The notes: generated by a model from the letters alone, not told the origin. A stretch of DNA of 64,000 bases from Amoebidium appalachense (GCA_963693365.1 CAVNZM010000002.1:12989115-13053114), one strand, 5' to 3'. Shown: positions 34,340 to 49,091, counted from the stretch's first letter. Made by a program: numbers and translations.

Positions 34340-35478
34340 ATGGTCAAGGAGACAAAGTGCGTTTTTCCTTTTCACTTTGCCTGACATCGCTTGGGTTTAC
34401 TGTGCATGCGTGGGAGACCGGATACCAGCTCATGTGCACTTTGACCTCTCGTTGAATCATTACCCCTCTTCCTCAGCAAGTACCACCCCTTCCGCCCGTT
34501 CCTCACACACACGCCGCCACCACCGCAGAAGCCGCCTCTTTTGAGCTATTGCATCATTCATTTGTGTTACAGAACTTTGTTATGCCATGTTTAGACTGTC
34601 GGGCCACCTGGACACACTGGCAGAAAACCGGTTGTTTTTGCCCATGTATTTCTGTGGGTTCATCCTATTCGCAAGCTCTTTATCGAGTGTTTTTGCCTAC
34701 AGGCTCCAAATGAACTTACACGTGATTTCTTTCTGCCTTCCCCCTTACCGCTCCTCGTTCTCCCCACCACTTCTTTCGTGGTAGTGCCCCTTACCGTCGT
34801 CCTTTTCCTTGCCCCGTCTTCATCTCTTCTGTCACTCCATTTCTCTCTTTGCTCCACCTTCTTCCTTTTCCTTGCCCCGTTTTCATCTCTTCTGTCACTC
34901 CATTTCTCTGTTTGCTCCACCTTCCTCCTTTCCCCCCTTCCAGCCACCCACTGACGTCTTCCGTCTCCCACCGACAGGTTTTACGACACCTTTGGTGTCT
35001 CCCCTGATGCCTCCATTGAGGAGATCAAAAGTGAGTGCGCGGTGGAGTCCGCAATGCTAGTTGATGCTTCATGTTCCCCCTCTGTTTTGTTAGTTTTACT
35101 CGGGGAGGGAGACAAAGGGGAAGGTGGGGGGGGAGGGGGTAGAGAAGGCAGGTCGGTGAAGAATGAGCGGTGGGTTTACCCTTGCTTCTGATTCCTCGTT
35201 TTACGTTGCCATGTTTGTGCGGCTTGGTCTTCAACACACAACCATCCCCGCTCCCCCTCCTTTTCTCCTCTCCACGGCCTCACCTCAACCCCCTTCCCCC
35301 CCGTTTCCATTCCCCTGTGCCTTAACAAATAGGAATAACATAGCACAGGTCTGTGGTGGGATCACGTTTGCCCTCTCGTTGATCCCACTCCTGCCGCACA
35401 CCCCTCATTCTCCTTAATACACTTTTGTTGCAAATATGTACATAGAGCATACACGATTTCCCCCTGCCTCCCCCTCCC

Positions 35479-35552
<74 letters not shown>

Positions 35553-35810
35553 CCCCCTCTCCCTCTCCCTCTCCTCCTCCGCCAGCTTATGTGGTCTCTA
35601 CTTGATGCTTCTTTGATACATATGTTTCTCCACTTTTTTGCTCTCCCCCCCCACCTCTCCCTCCCCCCCACCCCCACTCTCCCTCCCTCCCGGCCCGCCC
35701 ACCCGTCCGCCTCCCCCTTCCCTCTCTCCTCCAAGCACACGCACACTGACCACCAGCACCACCACATTCTTACACGTTCGTGCAAATCCATTCTCTCCTC
35801 CCCTGCCTCC

Positions 35811-35841
<31 letters not shown>

Positions 35842-36219
35842 ACATACATGCCGATTCTTTCACCCGATCACTAACCCGTGCACACACACACCTTCAGAGG
35901 CGTACAAGAAACTTGCACTGAAGAACCACCCTGACCGCAACCCTGACGACCCGCACGCTGCCGAGCGCTTCAAGGTGATCTCGTACCAGTTTGCCGTGCT
36001 TGAGGATGTGGAGAAGCGCAGGGCCTACGATCGCTACGGCGAGCAGGTGTGTATGTGTGCTGTGTGTGCTGTGTGTGCTGTGTTTAGCTTTCAGCCTCTC
36101 CCTGGGGCAGCTCCCCTTCTCTTCCCGCCCCCCTTCAGACCTGCCCTGATTCCTCCGCCTCCGCACCGTTCACTCTCTGTCCCTATTTCAATCTCTGTCT
36201 CTCTCTCTCTCTCTCTCTC

Positions 36220-36251
<32 letters not shown>

Positions 36252-37770
36252 TGTACTTCTCCTCCCCCCGCCCCTTGCCCGCGCCAATTCCTCCCCCTCT
36301 CCCCCCCCCCCCCCCCCCCCCACCCCCTTTTCTCCCTGCTGATCACCACACTCTGGAGATGGGTTTCTAATGCTGAATACGGGCCGTTGTTGGTCCTGTT
36401 TGGGCATTTGCACTATGCTGGCTGCTCTTTTCTCGTACTTCGAATTGTGTCACGGATTATTCCCCCCGCCCCCTTTCCCCTGAAGGGATTCCTCTTTTCC
36501 GCATTGTTCTTTCCCGACTCACTACTGCCTGCATCCACCCTCTCCCCCTCTCCCCCCCCTCCCCCCCCCCCCCCCCCCCCCCCCCCATCTCCCCCCATCC
36601 CAACCTCTCCCCAACCCATATTGTCTGCATATAAAAACTGGCGGCGTGTTTGAGTTTGCATCCCCTTGTTTGTATACGACTGAGTTCTTCAGTGAACGTG
36701 TTTGACTGACCGCAAAAACCACTGCAGGGGTTGAAGGAGGGACACGGTTCACGGGAGGGGGGTTTCACTGCCGAAGACATATTCTCCCGCTTTTTCGGTG
36801 GAATGCATATGGACGATGACGATATGGGGGGGTTTTTCGGGGGGCCGAGGGGTCATGGGGGCCGGGGAGGCAAGCGTGCGCGCGACACTGTGCACGAATT
36901 GGGGGTTAGTTTGGAGCAGCTCTATACTGGGTGCACGAAGAAACTCGCGCGGGAAAGGCACGTGGCGTGCGTGAAATGCAACGGAAAGGGCGGGAAAAAG
37001 ACTGCGAAATGTACGGGGTGTGGGGGCCACGGTGTGAGGATTGGGCTGCAAGAGGTGTTTCCTGGGATGGTGCAACAGGTGGCGGTGGAGTGTACGGAGT
37101 GTGCTGGTGTGGGGATGATGGTGCGGCCAAAGGACAGGTGGGTGGGGTGTGTGTGTGTGGGGTGGGGTGGGTGTGTGTGGGGCGGGGGGGGGACGTAAAG
37201 AGGGATGGTGTGTATGTGTGTGGGTGTGTGTGCGGTTTTTGTGTGTATATGTGTTGTGGAGGAGAGATGTGGGGGGTGGGGGGTTTTTTTTTTTTTTGGG
37301 GGGGGGGGGGGGGGGGGAGTGAGACGGGAGAGGAGTCGTGCCTGGCTGATTACGGCGGGTTACGGGAGGACATTTTGTGTTGTGCTGGTTTGAAAAGGAT
37401 GGCTGTGGGTGGGAGTGGGGGTGTGGGTGCGTGTGCGTGTGCGTGTGCGTGTTTGTGGATGACATTTGGGCGTTTTGGTTGGTTGGAAAGAATGGCTGTG
37501 TGTGCGCGCGTGCGTGTGTGGGGGGAGGGCGAGGGAGGGGAAGGTCTGCTACTGTGCTTACCCTTCCTGTCTTTGATGTCTTGCCGCTTCTTCGATGTGG
37601 TTGCACTAGAAAATTTGCACGTTGTTCTTGAGAAAATCAGGCACGATATGCACCACGTCCGTATGAGGGTAGGTTTTTTAAAAGTGTTGCAAATTACTTA
37701 TATCCATCTTGCTCTCTTTCTTCCCCTCAAACCCTTATCCCCCCCCACCCCCGGCCCCCCTCCCTCGTCC

Positions 37771-37805
<35 letters not shown>

Positions 37806-37934
37806 CACACATCACACACACACACACATGACCGCACATACACGTGCACACACATTCTCACGAACACAAACATACCCACACGTGCACATGTGTGCACACG
37901 CACACACACATACACACACACCTCCACAAACATG

Positions 37935-37976
<42 letters not shown>

Positions 37977-38510
37977 ACACACACACAAACTCACAAACGT
38001 ACAAAAGCACCTACACACACGTACTGACGCACACGTATTCACCCACACCTACACACCCACACACAAATACTCACTCACACACGTACCGCCCCTCTGCACA
38101 CAGGTGCAAAACATGCAAGGGAGAAGGCAAGGTCACCGAAACCAAGGTAGTAGACGTGCACGTCGACCCGGGCATGCGCCAAGGTTGCAAAATCACCTTG
38201 CGTGAGATGGGAGATCAACCAGAAATCGGGCAGCCCGCGGGAGATTTGGTAGTGGTGATCAACGAAAAGGAACACGAGGTGTTTAAGAGGGTGGAGGAGG
38301 ATTTGCACATGACGATGGAGATCAAGCTTGTGGAGGCGCTGTGTGGGTTTACTAAGGCGGTCACGCAGCTGGATGGGAGGACACTGCTGGTCACTATGCC
38401 ACCGGGCAAGGTGTGTGTGTGTGTGTATGTGGATGGGTGTGCGGGTGTGGGCTGGGTGTGGGTGTGGGGGGCGGGTGGTGGTGGTGGTGGTGTGGGGGGG
38501 GAGGGTGGAT

Positions 38511-38542
<32 letters not shown>

Positions 38543-38920
38543 ATTCGGGAGGGAGATGGCGGAGGGGAGGATGTAGTGTATGTTTAGAGTTCTTTTTCTT
38601 TTTTTCAGTGCTTTGGAGGCAGGGGGCAGGGGGAGGGGAGGAGGGGGTTGACGGGGAGTTTGGGTGTGGGGTGGGAGGGGGGGCGGGGGGGGGAAAGGTA
38701 TGGTAGTTGCATGTTCTGGTTTTGCTGTGGGAAACTGGGCTGGGCCTGGAGAAGAGCGAAGGGGGGGGGGGGGGGGGAGGGGGGATGTCCTAGTGTTTGT
38801 CTGTTGGGAAGACAGTGGTCGTGGGGGAGGGGATGCAGATGTGAGCTGCTTGTGTGCTTTAGTGTCCGTTCTTGTGTTTACGTGTGTGTGGTTGTTGTTT
38901 TTCTTTTTTTTTTCCCCCCT

Positions 38921-38976
<56 letters not shown>

Positions 38977-39202
38977 TCCGACATTGTGCATAGCTGCAAG
39001 TAATTTCTATGGACGTGTGGTGTATGGCCAGCTGCAGTCTCATTTCTATATGTTTTTAGTGATGTGTGCGCGCGTGGTGTGTGTGTGTGTGTGGTGGTGG
39101 TGGTGGTGGTGGGGGGGGGGGGGAGGGGGGGGAGTTGTTGTCTTTACGCTTCTTCCACTGTCTCCACCTTTTTTCGTCTGCTACCGTGTTTCCCTACTCT
39201 TT

Positions 39203-39245
<43 letters not shown>

Positions 39246-39563
39246 CACACACACACCCAAAAAAAAAAAAAAAAAACCCTTCCCTCCGATGGGTAACCCA
39301 TTTTATCTTCGATTTGGATCGATGTCTGTGTTACCATTGCGTCTGAGGGGTATGGTGCGAAACTTGGATGCATCCGATCGTTTTGGGCTCCCTAAGCCTC
39401 CTTGAGAATGGGGTTTTCTTTTGACGCATATTCTGTATGTGGCGTCTTGTTCCCTCTCACCTTATATCCTGCACCGTGTTCCGTTTTGTCTTGTACTTTC
39501 TCTTCCTCCCCCCCCCCCCCCCCCCTTCCTCCCCGCACCCACCCATCACCACCACCACTATTT

Positions 39564-39602
<39 letters not shown>

Positions 39603-39985
39603 CCTCCTCCCTTGGGCTTGATTGCACCCGTGCATTCGTAAGGCATCGCACATAAACTCACATCTCTATGTGCCACGTTCTGCAGGTGCTAAAAGACAAC
39701 ACGGTTCGAATCATCACCGGGGAAGGGTTCCCCCGCCAGCGCCACACAGACATTAAGGGTCGTCTTATCGTTCGCTTCGACATTGAATTTCCGGGCAGCC
39801 TATCCCCTTCCAGCATCCAGATGATCGAAAAGGCTCTCGGGCCGCGACCCGACCCGCCAACAGCTGAGGAAATGGAAGATGGGGAGGTGGTGACTTTGGA
39901 AGAGACAGATGAGACGTTTGATGATCACGAATATGAAGATGTGGAGGATGAGGAGGATGGAAGGCCCGGGTGTGTGCAGCAGTAG
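34340..39985 (+). CDS. DNAJA: Class A J-domain protein (DNAJA/Ydj1-type Hsp40); 6 exons, about 411 aa
   Basis: Exons 34340-34356, 34978-35030, 35898-36046, 36728-37137, 38104-38410, 39686-39985 (1236 nt). MVKETKFYD start, HPD motif, G/F region with DIF, four CxxCxGxG repeats, C-terminal CVQQ CaaX box. Confidence 0.96.
34803..34928. repeat. 63-bp tandem duplication in DnaJ intron 1
   Basis: ttttccttgccccg...catctcttctgtcactccatttctct...tttgctccaccttc occurs at 34803 and 34866. Confidence 0.9.
39402..39500 (+). repeat. Dispersed intronic repeat family, copy 6 (diverged)
   Basis: tgagaatggggttttcttttgacgcata...tatgtgg...ctgcaccgtgttccgttttgtcttgtactt aligns with the family core. Confidence 0.55.
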
Positions 39986-40902
39986 GTGCTTTTAGGGTTA
40001 AAAAGTTAATTATTAGGTTTGGGTTTTGAATTGGGTTTGGGTTATCTTTTTTGTTCTTCTTCTTTTTTTTTTTTTTTTTTTTTTTTGTCCTCCCCCCCTT
40101 TTTCTAAGGAAGGAAGCTTCAGTGGTAGTGGTTTTAGATTTTGTGTACTGTGATGAGAGTGGTTGTTTGATTGAGAACCCCCCCCCCCCCCCCCCTCTGC
40201 CCCGGGCGATTCCCTCTCGCAGGCATGCACAAAACCAAACGTGCACACATGCACACCACCACCACCTCCACCACCACCGCAAGCCCTCCCCCCTCCTTTC
40301 GCCTTGCCTTATTTTTTTTTGGCGAGAGATGAAGTTCGAAGGGAGACAAAGAAATGTGTGATGGCACGTTTTTCCGTTCGTTACCTTTTACATACTGAGT
40401 CAAACCTGCTTGCATTGGATTTTCGATCTACACAAATGACGCGAACTGCAGTGTAGACACAGCCACAAGTGTCACAGATTTTATAATAGTTTCCGAAGCC
40501 TGTGGCTATGTACGGTGTTATTGTTTGTGACATATCTCAACCGTTCGACTGGTAGATCGACGTTGTGATAGTTGCAGGTGTGTAGACTCTGTACATAACC
40601 GAACGTTGGCCAAAAAAGATTTTCATGCGCACATACACATGTGGAACTTATGCATGGCCCGCGGGGGGTCTTGGCTGTATATTCGCTGTACATGTATTTG
40701 CGTACGAAGTGCATATATACAGATGGAAAAATAAAAGTTCCTCTGATTCAATTTATTATGGGATAACGGTGTAAATGCAAATGCATGTCCCCCTGCTCAA
40801 TGATATCTCCCACTGGCCTCATCACACAAAAAAAACAGACTGCACGGAAAGTCGGAAAGTGAGTGCAGCCGGGACTCAGAGAGTGTAGCCTGTGCAGGAG
40901 AC

Positions 40903-41378
40903 CAGGGGTGTGGCGGAGACTTCATGACTTGACTTGATTTATATTCATAATTGGCAGCTTGGGCTTGTGACTTGACTTGACTTGGAGTCGCGACTTGAGG
41001 CCCAATGACTCATGTCGCGACTTTAGGTGACTTGTTACTATTTTTAGGCAACTTTTGGCCCATATGCATTAATATTCGCGGCGCCGCCGGGTGGCTGCCG
41101 GGGGGAGGGGGAGGGGGGGGGAGGGGGGGGGGGTAACAGTAAAGGACTGGGGGGGGGGGGCTCTCGCGGACGGCTCCCCAGGGGGTCTTTGAATCTCGTC
41201 CCCCCTTCCCCCCCCCCCCTCCCCCCCACCCCCCACCGCAACAGGCCACGCACGTCCCCCCCCCCCCCCCCCCCCAAGTCACCCCTGAGTCACGCCTGAT
41301 CGCCTGACTTGACTTGACTCAAGTCAGGAGCTTGCTTGACTTCAAGTCGCGACTCGGAGTCAAGTCGCCACACCCCTA
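40903..41378. mobile_element. Non-autonomous hAT-superfamily DNA transposon (MITE), 476 bp
   Basis: TIRs CAGGGGTGTGGCG (40903) and CGCCACACCCCTA (ends 41378). Perfect 8-bp TSD caggagac at 40895-40902 and 41379-41386. Many subterminal GACTT/AAGTC and GTCGCGAC motifs. Confidence 0.92.
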
Positions 41379-41717
41379 CAGGAGACTCCCGCCAAACGGT
41401 CCATATAAGGCTAATCTCGTTTAACGCACCAATCACTTTCCGGTCCACTGAGCCACTCACAGCTCAGTCTTGCAGCTGCAGACGGTATTACATTTTTTCA
41501 CGGCTCGCCCAGGCCTTTGGAGGTCACCACAGCATGCACTGAGCATGCACTCGGCGAAGTCTCCAAACAGTCAATTGATATATGTAGCAATGAAACAGGC
41601 GTCGTCAATTCTTTACGGTTAGAATCTGAGCTTGCGCGAACAAAAGTCAAACAAAACACAGAAGCGCCCCCAAATTGGTCGCTGAACCAGCTAAACCTTG
41701 TGATCTCAAGCCTCACC

Positions 41718-42290
41718 ATGAGCATCCCTACAGCAGCCTCTCCTCCCATCCCCAACCCAGACCCACCCACAATGCCTTCCTTCCACCGGAGACCCTTGCC
41801 TGAGCCACCGGCGGTCGCTTTTTCCGGCCAGAAAGGAAGACAGTTATTTGCTGAGGCACTGGTACAAGGTGGGTTCTGGATCCCCTTGTCTCCCCCTCCC
41901 CCCCCCCCCCCCCCCCCCCTATGTCTCACTCTCTCTTCCTCCCCCCTCGCCCCCTCCTCCCCCTTCCGCCCGCATCCCCTCTTGTGTCCCCCCTCCCCAG
42001 CCCCGCCTGCCCGGTGCCCCGCTTCCCTTTCTCCCCTGCCGGACCCACACTCGTTCCTGCAGCCTGCTAACCCTCTCCCTTCAACTCCGCCTCTCTCCCT
42101 TCTCCACTCTCTCTATCTCTGTCTCCCTTCCCCCTTCCTTTTTCCATTGCAGGAACCATGGACTGCTTCTTCCCCCTTATCGAGCAGTTCAGGACACAGG
42201 ACGAGCCAGCCTTCTGTGGTCTGGGGACCCTAACTATGGTGCTGAACGCTTTGGGTAACAATCCCTGCCCCACCTACACCCCCTCCCCCC

Positions 42291-42327
<37 letters not shown>

Positions 42328-42993
42328 CCCACGCTCCAACCCCCCCCCCACCCCCCCCCCCTCCTCTCCCCTTTGCCCTTGCCACACCCGCCCCTCACCA
42401 CCCCTTCTTTCATCTGCCCCACGTGGTGCAGCAATGACCACGGCCTGGAGGATCCTGAAATCCAGATCACAACTTACATGGTTTTGTGGCCACTGCCCCT
42501 CTCAACTCTACGTGGTAGCATCTTTTTTCAACTTAATCTGTGGTAAATGTTCACAATTTGTCTCTTAAAGTCTCCCTTCCCTTATCCCCGTGTTTTTTTT
42601 TTGCTTGAGAGATCCAAAGGAAAAGCCATGAGAAATTGTTGTGGCAATACTACGGGCCGAACATGACTCCATGGCCTCGCAACTATTCAGCAGCTTCCCC
42701 TGACCCCATCGCTCCCCATCACCCAATCTTCTATTACCTCGCTCATGTCTTTTTTTGACCTGTCCGTTCCCATACGCCTGCCGTTCACCAACGTGACACA
42801 CCTAGGGACACCTGGTGCAAATGCGCACATGTCCTCATGCACATTCAGGCTAGCTGACAATAAAGGTACCACCACATGCATGTACAGCGCTCACACGTGC
42901 GGGTACACACAGGCACCGGTACGAGCATGGTGTGGGGTGATTTTTTTCATATGAAAGACACTTGGTGTTCCCCTCCTTTTTCCCTGTCCTGAG

Positions 42994-43075
<82 letters not shown>

Positions 43076-43439
43076 TATTTGTTTGTTTGTTTTTTTTTTG
43101 TTTTTGTTTTTTTTTTGGGGGGGGGGGCTCATAACTACAGAACGAGCCACTTACGTTACGTGTATCATAGTGTCTGTTCCCCCTATGCGGAGTATTGGCA
43201 AGTCAGACAACCCCGTATTTGTCATGTCATGGTAAAAAGAGCAAAAAAATAGAGGGACGTAGGCATTCCATACACGCTCCTACCACCGTTTTTCACTTAA
43301 CCGATATACCCCCATCCCCTCCCCGTCTTCCCCCTCCTCACCCCTGCTCCCCCCGCCCGCCAACCCTGAACATTCTTGCACATTCACACACACACACACA
43401 CACACACACCCACACACACCCACACACAAACCCACGCAC

Positions 43440-43499
<60 letters not shown>

Positions 43500-43881
43500 C
43501 CATCGATCCACAGCGCACGTGGAAGGGAGTCTGGCGCTGGTTCAGTGAGAGATTGCTTGACTGTTGTGCCCCCCTGAGCGAGATCGAAAAGACCGGGATA
43601 GTCTTCAAACAGCGTACGCTCTCTCTTTCTCTCTCTCTTCATCTTCATCTCCAACCCCCTCTCCCCCCCCTCCCCCCCCCCTTGCTCCCCTCGCCCTCTT
43701 CCTCCTTCTCTCTCCCTTTCTTCCCGTCCCCGTCCCCTTCTTCTCTCAAAAAAGGGGAGGGGAAATGGGGCGGAAGAGGGGACCTTCATACACCAATACA
43801 TACTCTTGGGGGATGGGGGGGGGGGGGGGGGGGGGGGGGGAGGGGGGGGGGCGGACGTTCAAACACCAATGCATACTCTTT

Positions 43882-43930
<49 letters not shown>

Positions 43931-44050
43931 TAATCAAACACCAATGCATACTCTTTGGGTGATCTCCAGTTTACAAATCTGCAGCACAATGCCCGTTAAG
44001 GTTGTGTGCTAAATTAGCATGTAGCACATTCCAGGCCTCCTCTCTAACCG

Positions 44051-44085
<35 letters not shown>

Positions 44086-44146
44086 ACTCTAACCCCCCCC
44101 CACTCTAACTCCCCCCCCCCCCCCAAAAAAAAAAGAAAAAGAGAGA

Positions 44147-44242
<96 letters not shown>

Positions 44243-44527
44243 AGGAGAGAGAGAGAGAAGCAAAGAAACAAAGGAAAATAGGAGATCCCCCCCCCCCTCC
44301 CCCGCCCCTTCTTTTCAACTCCATTGCTCCCCCTTCCTTTCTCTCCCCTCCACGCTTGGCGTTTATTTCATACACTAAATGTATGTGCTTCGGTTATCGA
44401 TCTGCACCCACACCCCCTGACGAATTCTGTCACTTCTACTGCTGCATGCATGCCCTCTGCTCACACATGTCACATTACGTTGCGCGTGTGCGATTATTGG
44501 TACCGAACACTCCTGGCCCCTACCTAT

Positions 44528-44558
<31 letters not shown>

Positions 44559-45487
44559 CCATTTCCGAAGGGCAAGACCATATTTCAACAATGATTTTTA
44601 CTGATAGGGATGATGCGCACGAGATGGAGTTCATGTTGTGTTGCAGACTGGGCTTGTGGTTGGATATAGCTGGATAGCTGGGTGGTGTAATGCATATTTG
44701 TTCGTCTGCCAGTGATGTGTTGTTCTTCTTTGCTGACGGTGGTGGTTCCTCCTCCCCCCCCCCCCCCTCCTCTCCTCTCCCCCTCCCCCCCCCCCCCCCT
44801 CCCTCCCTCCGTCCCTCCCTCCCTCCCTTCCTCCCAATAGATGTCTTGGCCTGCCCCAGGAAGTGAACTCTGCTCATGTTGCAAACTTCCCTGTGTTCGT
44901 TTATTTCCCCATTACAACCTGTAACCCACTCCTTACTCTATTGCACTCTGTTCATCTGTGTTGTTTTACACTTGACTGTGTACCGCATCCTTGCCTGCCC
45001 CCCCCTCCCCCCCCCCCCCCCTCCCCCGCCCCCCCAACCACCCCAGCCCAATCCCCGTCCCGGTGAATGGGTCGAAGAAACACGGGTACTGTGGATGAGG
45101 ATGGGCTCTGCTTATTATGCATACTAATTATGTGTGGTTTGCACTCTGCATTGTGTTGTCCGTTATAAATGTGAGCTTTGTACCCCATAACACACTCTAA
45201 AACACCCCCCTCCCTCCCCCCCCCCCCCCTCCCTCCCTCCCTCCCTCCCTCCTTCCCCCCCCCCTCCCCCCCACGCAGTGGTGTGCCTTGCGCGCTGTAA
45301 CGGGGCCAGTGTGAGGGCAGTGGGGGGAAACCAATGCTCGGAGGAAGAGTTCAGGACTGACGTCATTGCATGCTGCACACCGGTGGGTTCAACTGGGTTG
45401 GTTGGGGCTTCCCCTGCCCCTCTTTTTTCTCTTTGTGTGTTTGTTGCTCAATGAAGGACACATATTCTATCCCCTTCCCCTCCCTTA

Positions 45488-45518
<31 letters not shown>

Positions 45519-45590
45519 CTTTCCGTCGTCTTCTGACACACAGAGGCGCATGCACACACGCACACACACACACATGCGCGCACGCGCGCG

Positions 45591-45622
<32 letters not shown>

Positions 45623-45771
45623 CACACACACCACAGACACACACACAGACACAAACACACCCACCCGCACAATCACACATGCACACACGCATTCACTTTC
45701 TGCCCTTTTTACTTGAATATCTTAAACGGATTGCTCTATTGTCCGTATGCATCTGCATCCCTCCCTCCCCC

Positions 45772-45807
<36 letters not shown>

Positions 45808-46235
45808 CCCTCTCCCCATTCCCCCCTTCTTTCCGCAATATTGTTACTTTCTCCTTTCGTGTCCCGAGATGGCGATAGAAGTGGGCAGATAACCGAAGTA
45901 TTTTTGTGGGAGGACAGAGGAGATCATGCGTGTGTTTGTGTGTGTGTGCATTGCGACATGTTTCAGCGAGGTTATGCTCACGACATTTTCAAACCTCGCT
46001 CTGATCACAAAAAAAAAAAAAACACACAAACACACAAACACACAAACATGCTCAAGCGGAGGGATGGGAAACAAGAAATGAAAGCCCCACATGCACACAC
46101 TGACTAACTCACTCAGGCACAAACACGCACGCACGCACACGTACACACACACACACACCCTCTCTCTCTTTGTCTCACCCACTAACTCAATCGCGCACAT
46201 GCGCACACGCATGCACGCACGCGCGCGCATGCGCG

Positions 46236-46320
<85 letters not shown>

Positions 46321-47065
46321 CGCGCAAACAGGCTTCATGGTTGTTGGTTATAGCCGCAAGGAGTTTCTCCAAACAGGGGATGGACACTACTCCCCCATAG
46401 GCGGTTATCATCGGGACACAGACTCAGTGTTGATATTGGATGTGGCCAGGTTCAAATATCCCCCACACTGGTACGTACGACCCTCCCATCCCTGCCCCCC
46501 CCCCCCTCCCCTCCCCCCCCTTTCCCCCCCCAAAAAAGAAGACCTTACTAATCCGTTACATAAATCCTTTTCACTAATCCATATCCCCCCCCCCCCCCCC
46601 CCCCCCCCCCTCCACACCACCACCACGACCACCACTACAACCACCACCACCACCACACACACGCACACACACACACGCGCAACCACACACACACACACAC
46701 CACCACCACCACCAAAAGCCCCTTAAAAAAAATCCACCTTGCTGGTCCGTGTAACTTACTTCCCCCCCCCCCCCCCCCCCCCCTTCTTTTTTTCCTTTCT
46801 TGTTTCTTTTTTTATATATAATAAGCCCCCCCCCCCCTCTCCCCTCAAGGTTCCCACCCGCCCGCCCACCGGCTCCAGGGCTCCTGTCTTACCCTCCCCC
46901 CCCCCCCCCCCCCTCCCCCGGAACATATCAGTATGTAGTCTTTCGCTACCGGATTTATGTATAGTTGCACATATGCATGTGTAGGCTAAAACGAACAATT
47001 TCACAAATGAGCGGGGACACCCTTTGCACTTACTCACTGACACTCACACATACACGCACGTGTAC

Positions 47066-47149
<84 letters not shown>

Positions 47150-47608
47150 GTACATATGCATACATGCCTGTGTCCACACACACGCACGCACACACTCGCA
47201 CAACATGCACACGCATGCACGCACTCGTGCACATAAACACGTGCCTCGCCGAAACGTACATACGTGCACACACACACGTATACACACCGTGCACACACCT
47301 CACACCGTCACACATGGGCAGACACACACCCATACGTACACGTAGACACACGTACACACACACACACACGTACACACACACGTACACACACACACACACT
47401 TACACACACACGTACACACACACGTACACACGTGCAGGGTGCCCCTCCACCTGATGTGGCTGTCCATGCAGAGGCTGGACCCAGACACGGGAAAGGCCCG
47501 TGGGTACATGATCCTCAGGTGGGTACGGTGGCTGAATTTCCATATAATCCGAAGTTTTTGCTGGTTTTCCGGGTTTTTTCGTTAATTCCAATATTTTTGG
47601 AGAGAAGG

Positions 47609-47648
<40 letters not shown>

Positions 47649-48013
47649 GAGTGCTGTTTATTAACGACATGTAGGTGAGCTGTGATGAGCTGCCGGCACC
47701 AAGGCCAACAGTACTTCCACCCAACAAGATATACATGTAAAAATCGATGTTAAACTTACATCATACAAATTTTATGTGGAAATATTACGTATCAGGTAGA
47801 CATCTTCATTATCCCGAATTGTTTGGTTTTTTTCTTCCAAACGAGTCAATTTGCTTGCAACGAACAATTAGATGTTTCCTGTGGAGTTATGAAATTTCCT
47901 CCCAGATCGTTAGCATTCATGATTGATGTGTAATCTCATTAACCGGAAAGGGAAGAAGGGATGGTTGGGTGGGTGGGTGGGTGGGCCTGTCGATGGGTGG
48001 CAAAGGGGGGGAT

Positions 48014-48049
<36 letters not shown>

Positions 48050-48699
48050 GGGGGAGGACACACTAGTACATATCTTGCGTGGAGCGTGTGACCACTTGCC
48101 CAGACCAGAACACAAGCACCTCCCCCCCCCCCCCCCCCCCCCCCCCCCGCCCCCTCCCCCTCCTCCTCCCTGCGTACCCCTTCCAGGCATATCCTTCCTT
48201 ACAGCCCCGCTCTTCCTTTTTATCTCTCCTTTCTAGAGCATCGCATACCACTGAGAACACACGTTCCTCTTATGTTTTTTTGGTTTGTTTGTTTTTGTTT
48301 TGTTTGTTTTGATTGCTTTTTTTGACACCCCCCCTCTCTCCCCCCCAAAAACACATACACACATACTCACACCACCCTTTCTCCTGGCCCTGCCCCTTCA
48401 CAAGCCCCCTCCTTCTCGTCCCCCCTCCCCCCCCCCCCCCCCCCCCCTCCACGACCACCACCACGACCACCACCACCCTCCCCCCCCCCCCCCCCCCCCA
48501 CCCTCCCCCCCCCCCCTTCACCTCCCACACTCCCGTCTCCACAGTTTTTATTCCTACGTTCGAGCATACTCTGTGCCGGGTCAAAACACGTGCATTAGGT
48601 GCCACTCATCACTGCATGTGCTATGCCTTGCTGTTCGGTTTAGCCCTGTGGGTAAGCAATAATGTAACTTTTCATGTATTGCATCGTCCCTTTTAGCCC

Positions 48700-48748
<49 letters not shown>

Positions 48749-49091
48749 ACAACCCTCAACCCCCAACCCAAACAAAAAAACAAACACACACACATCTTCC
48801 CCGTCCCCTAACCGCCCACCCCCCCCCCCCCCCCCCCTTCCTCCCCCCCCCTTCCTCCCTATTATTTTCTATTTCCTCCCTATTTCTCTGTAACGCATAT
48901 CAACCTCCCCCCCTTCCCCCCCAATGTACAGACGTCAAGAGGAGCACACCAGTGTTCTCTTCTGTATCACCCAGAAAGACACATCCCCCAGTCTGCTTTC
49001 TGCCCTTCCAGACCGTGTCAGAGCCGCAGTACAAAGGACGCTAGAAGCCACAGCAAACGGTGTGTAATATACTCCCCCCCCCCCCCCCCCT

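Noticed and set aside
41517-41717. Upstream in-frame extension of the PCS ORF from the ORF track
   Set aside because: It begins at a non-ATG codon. ATG 41718 (or 41772) fits PCS homology, which starts at SFHRRPLP.
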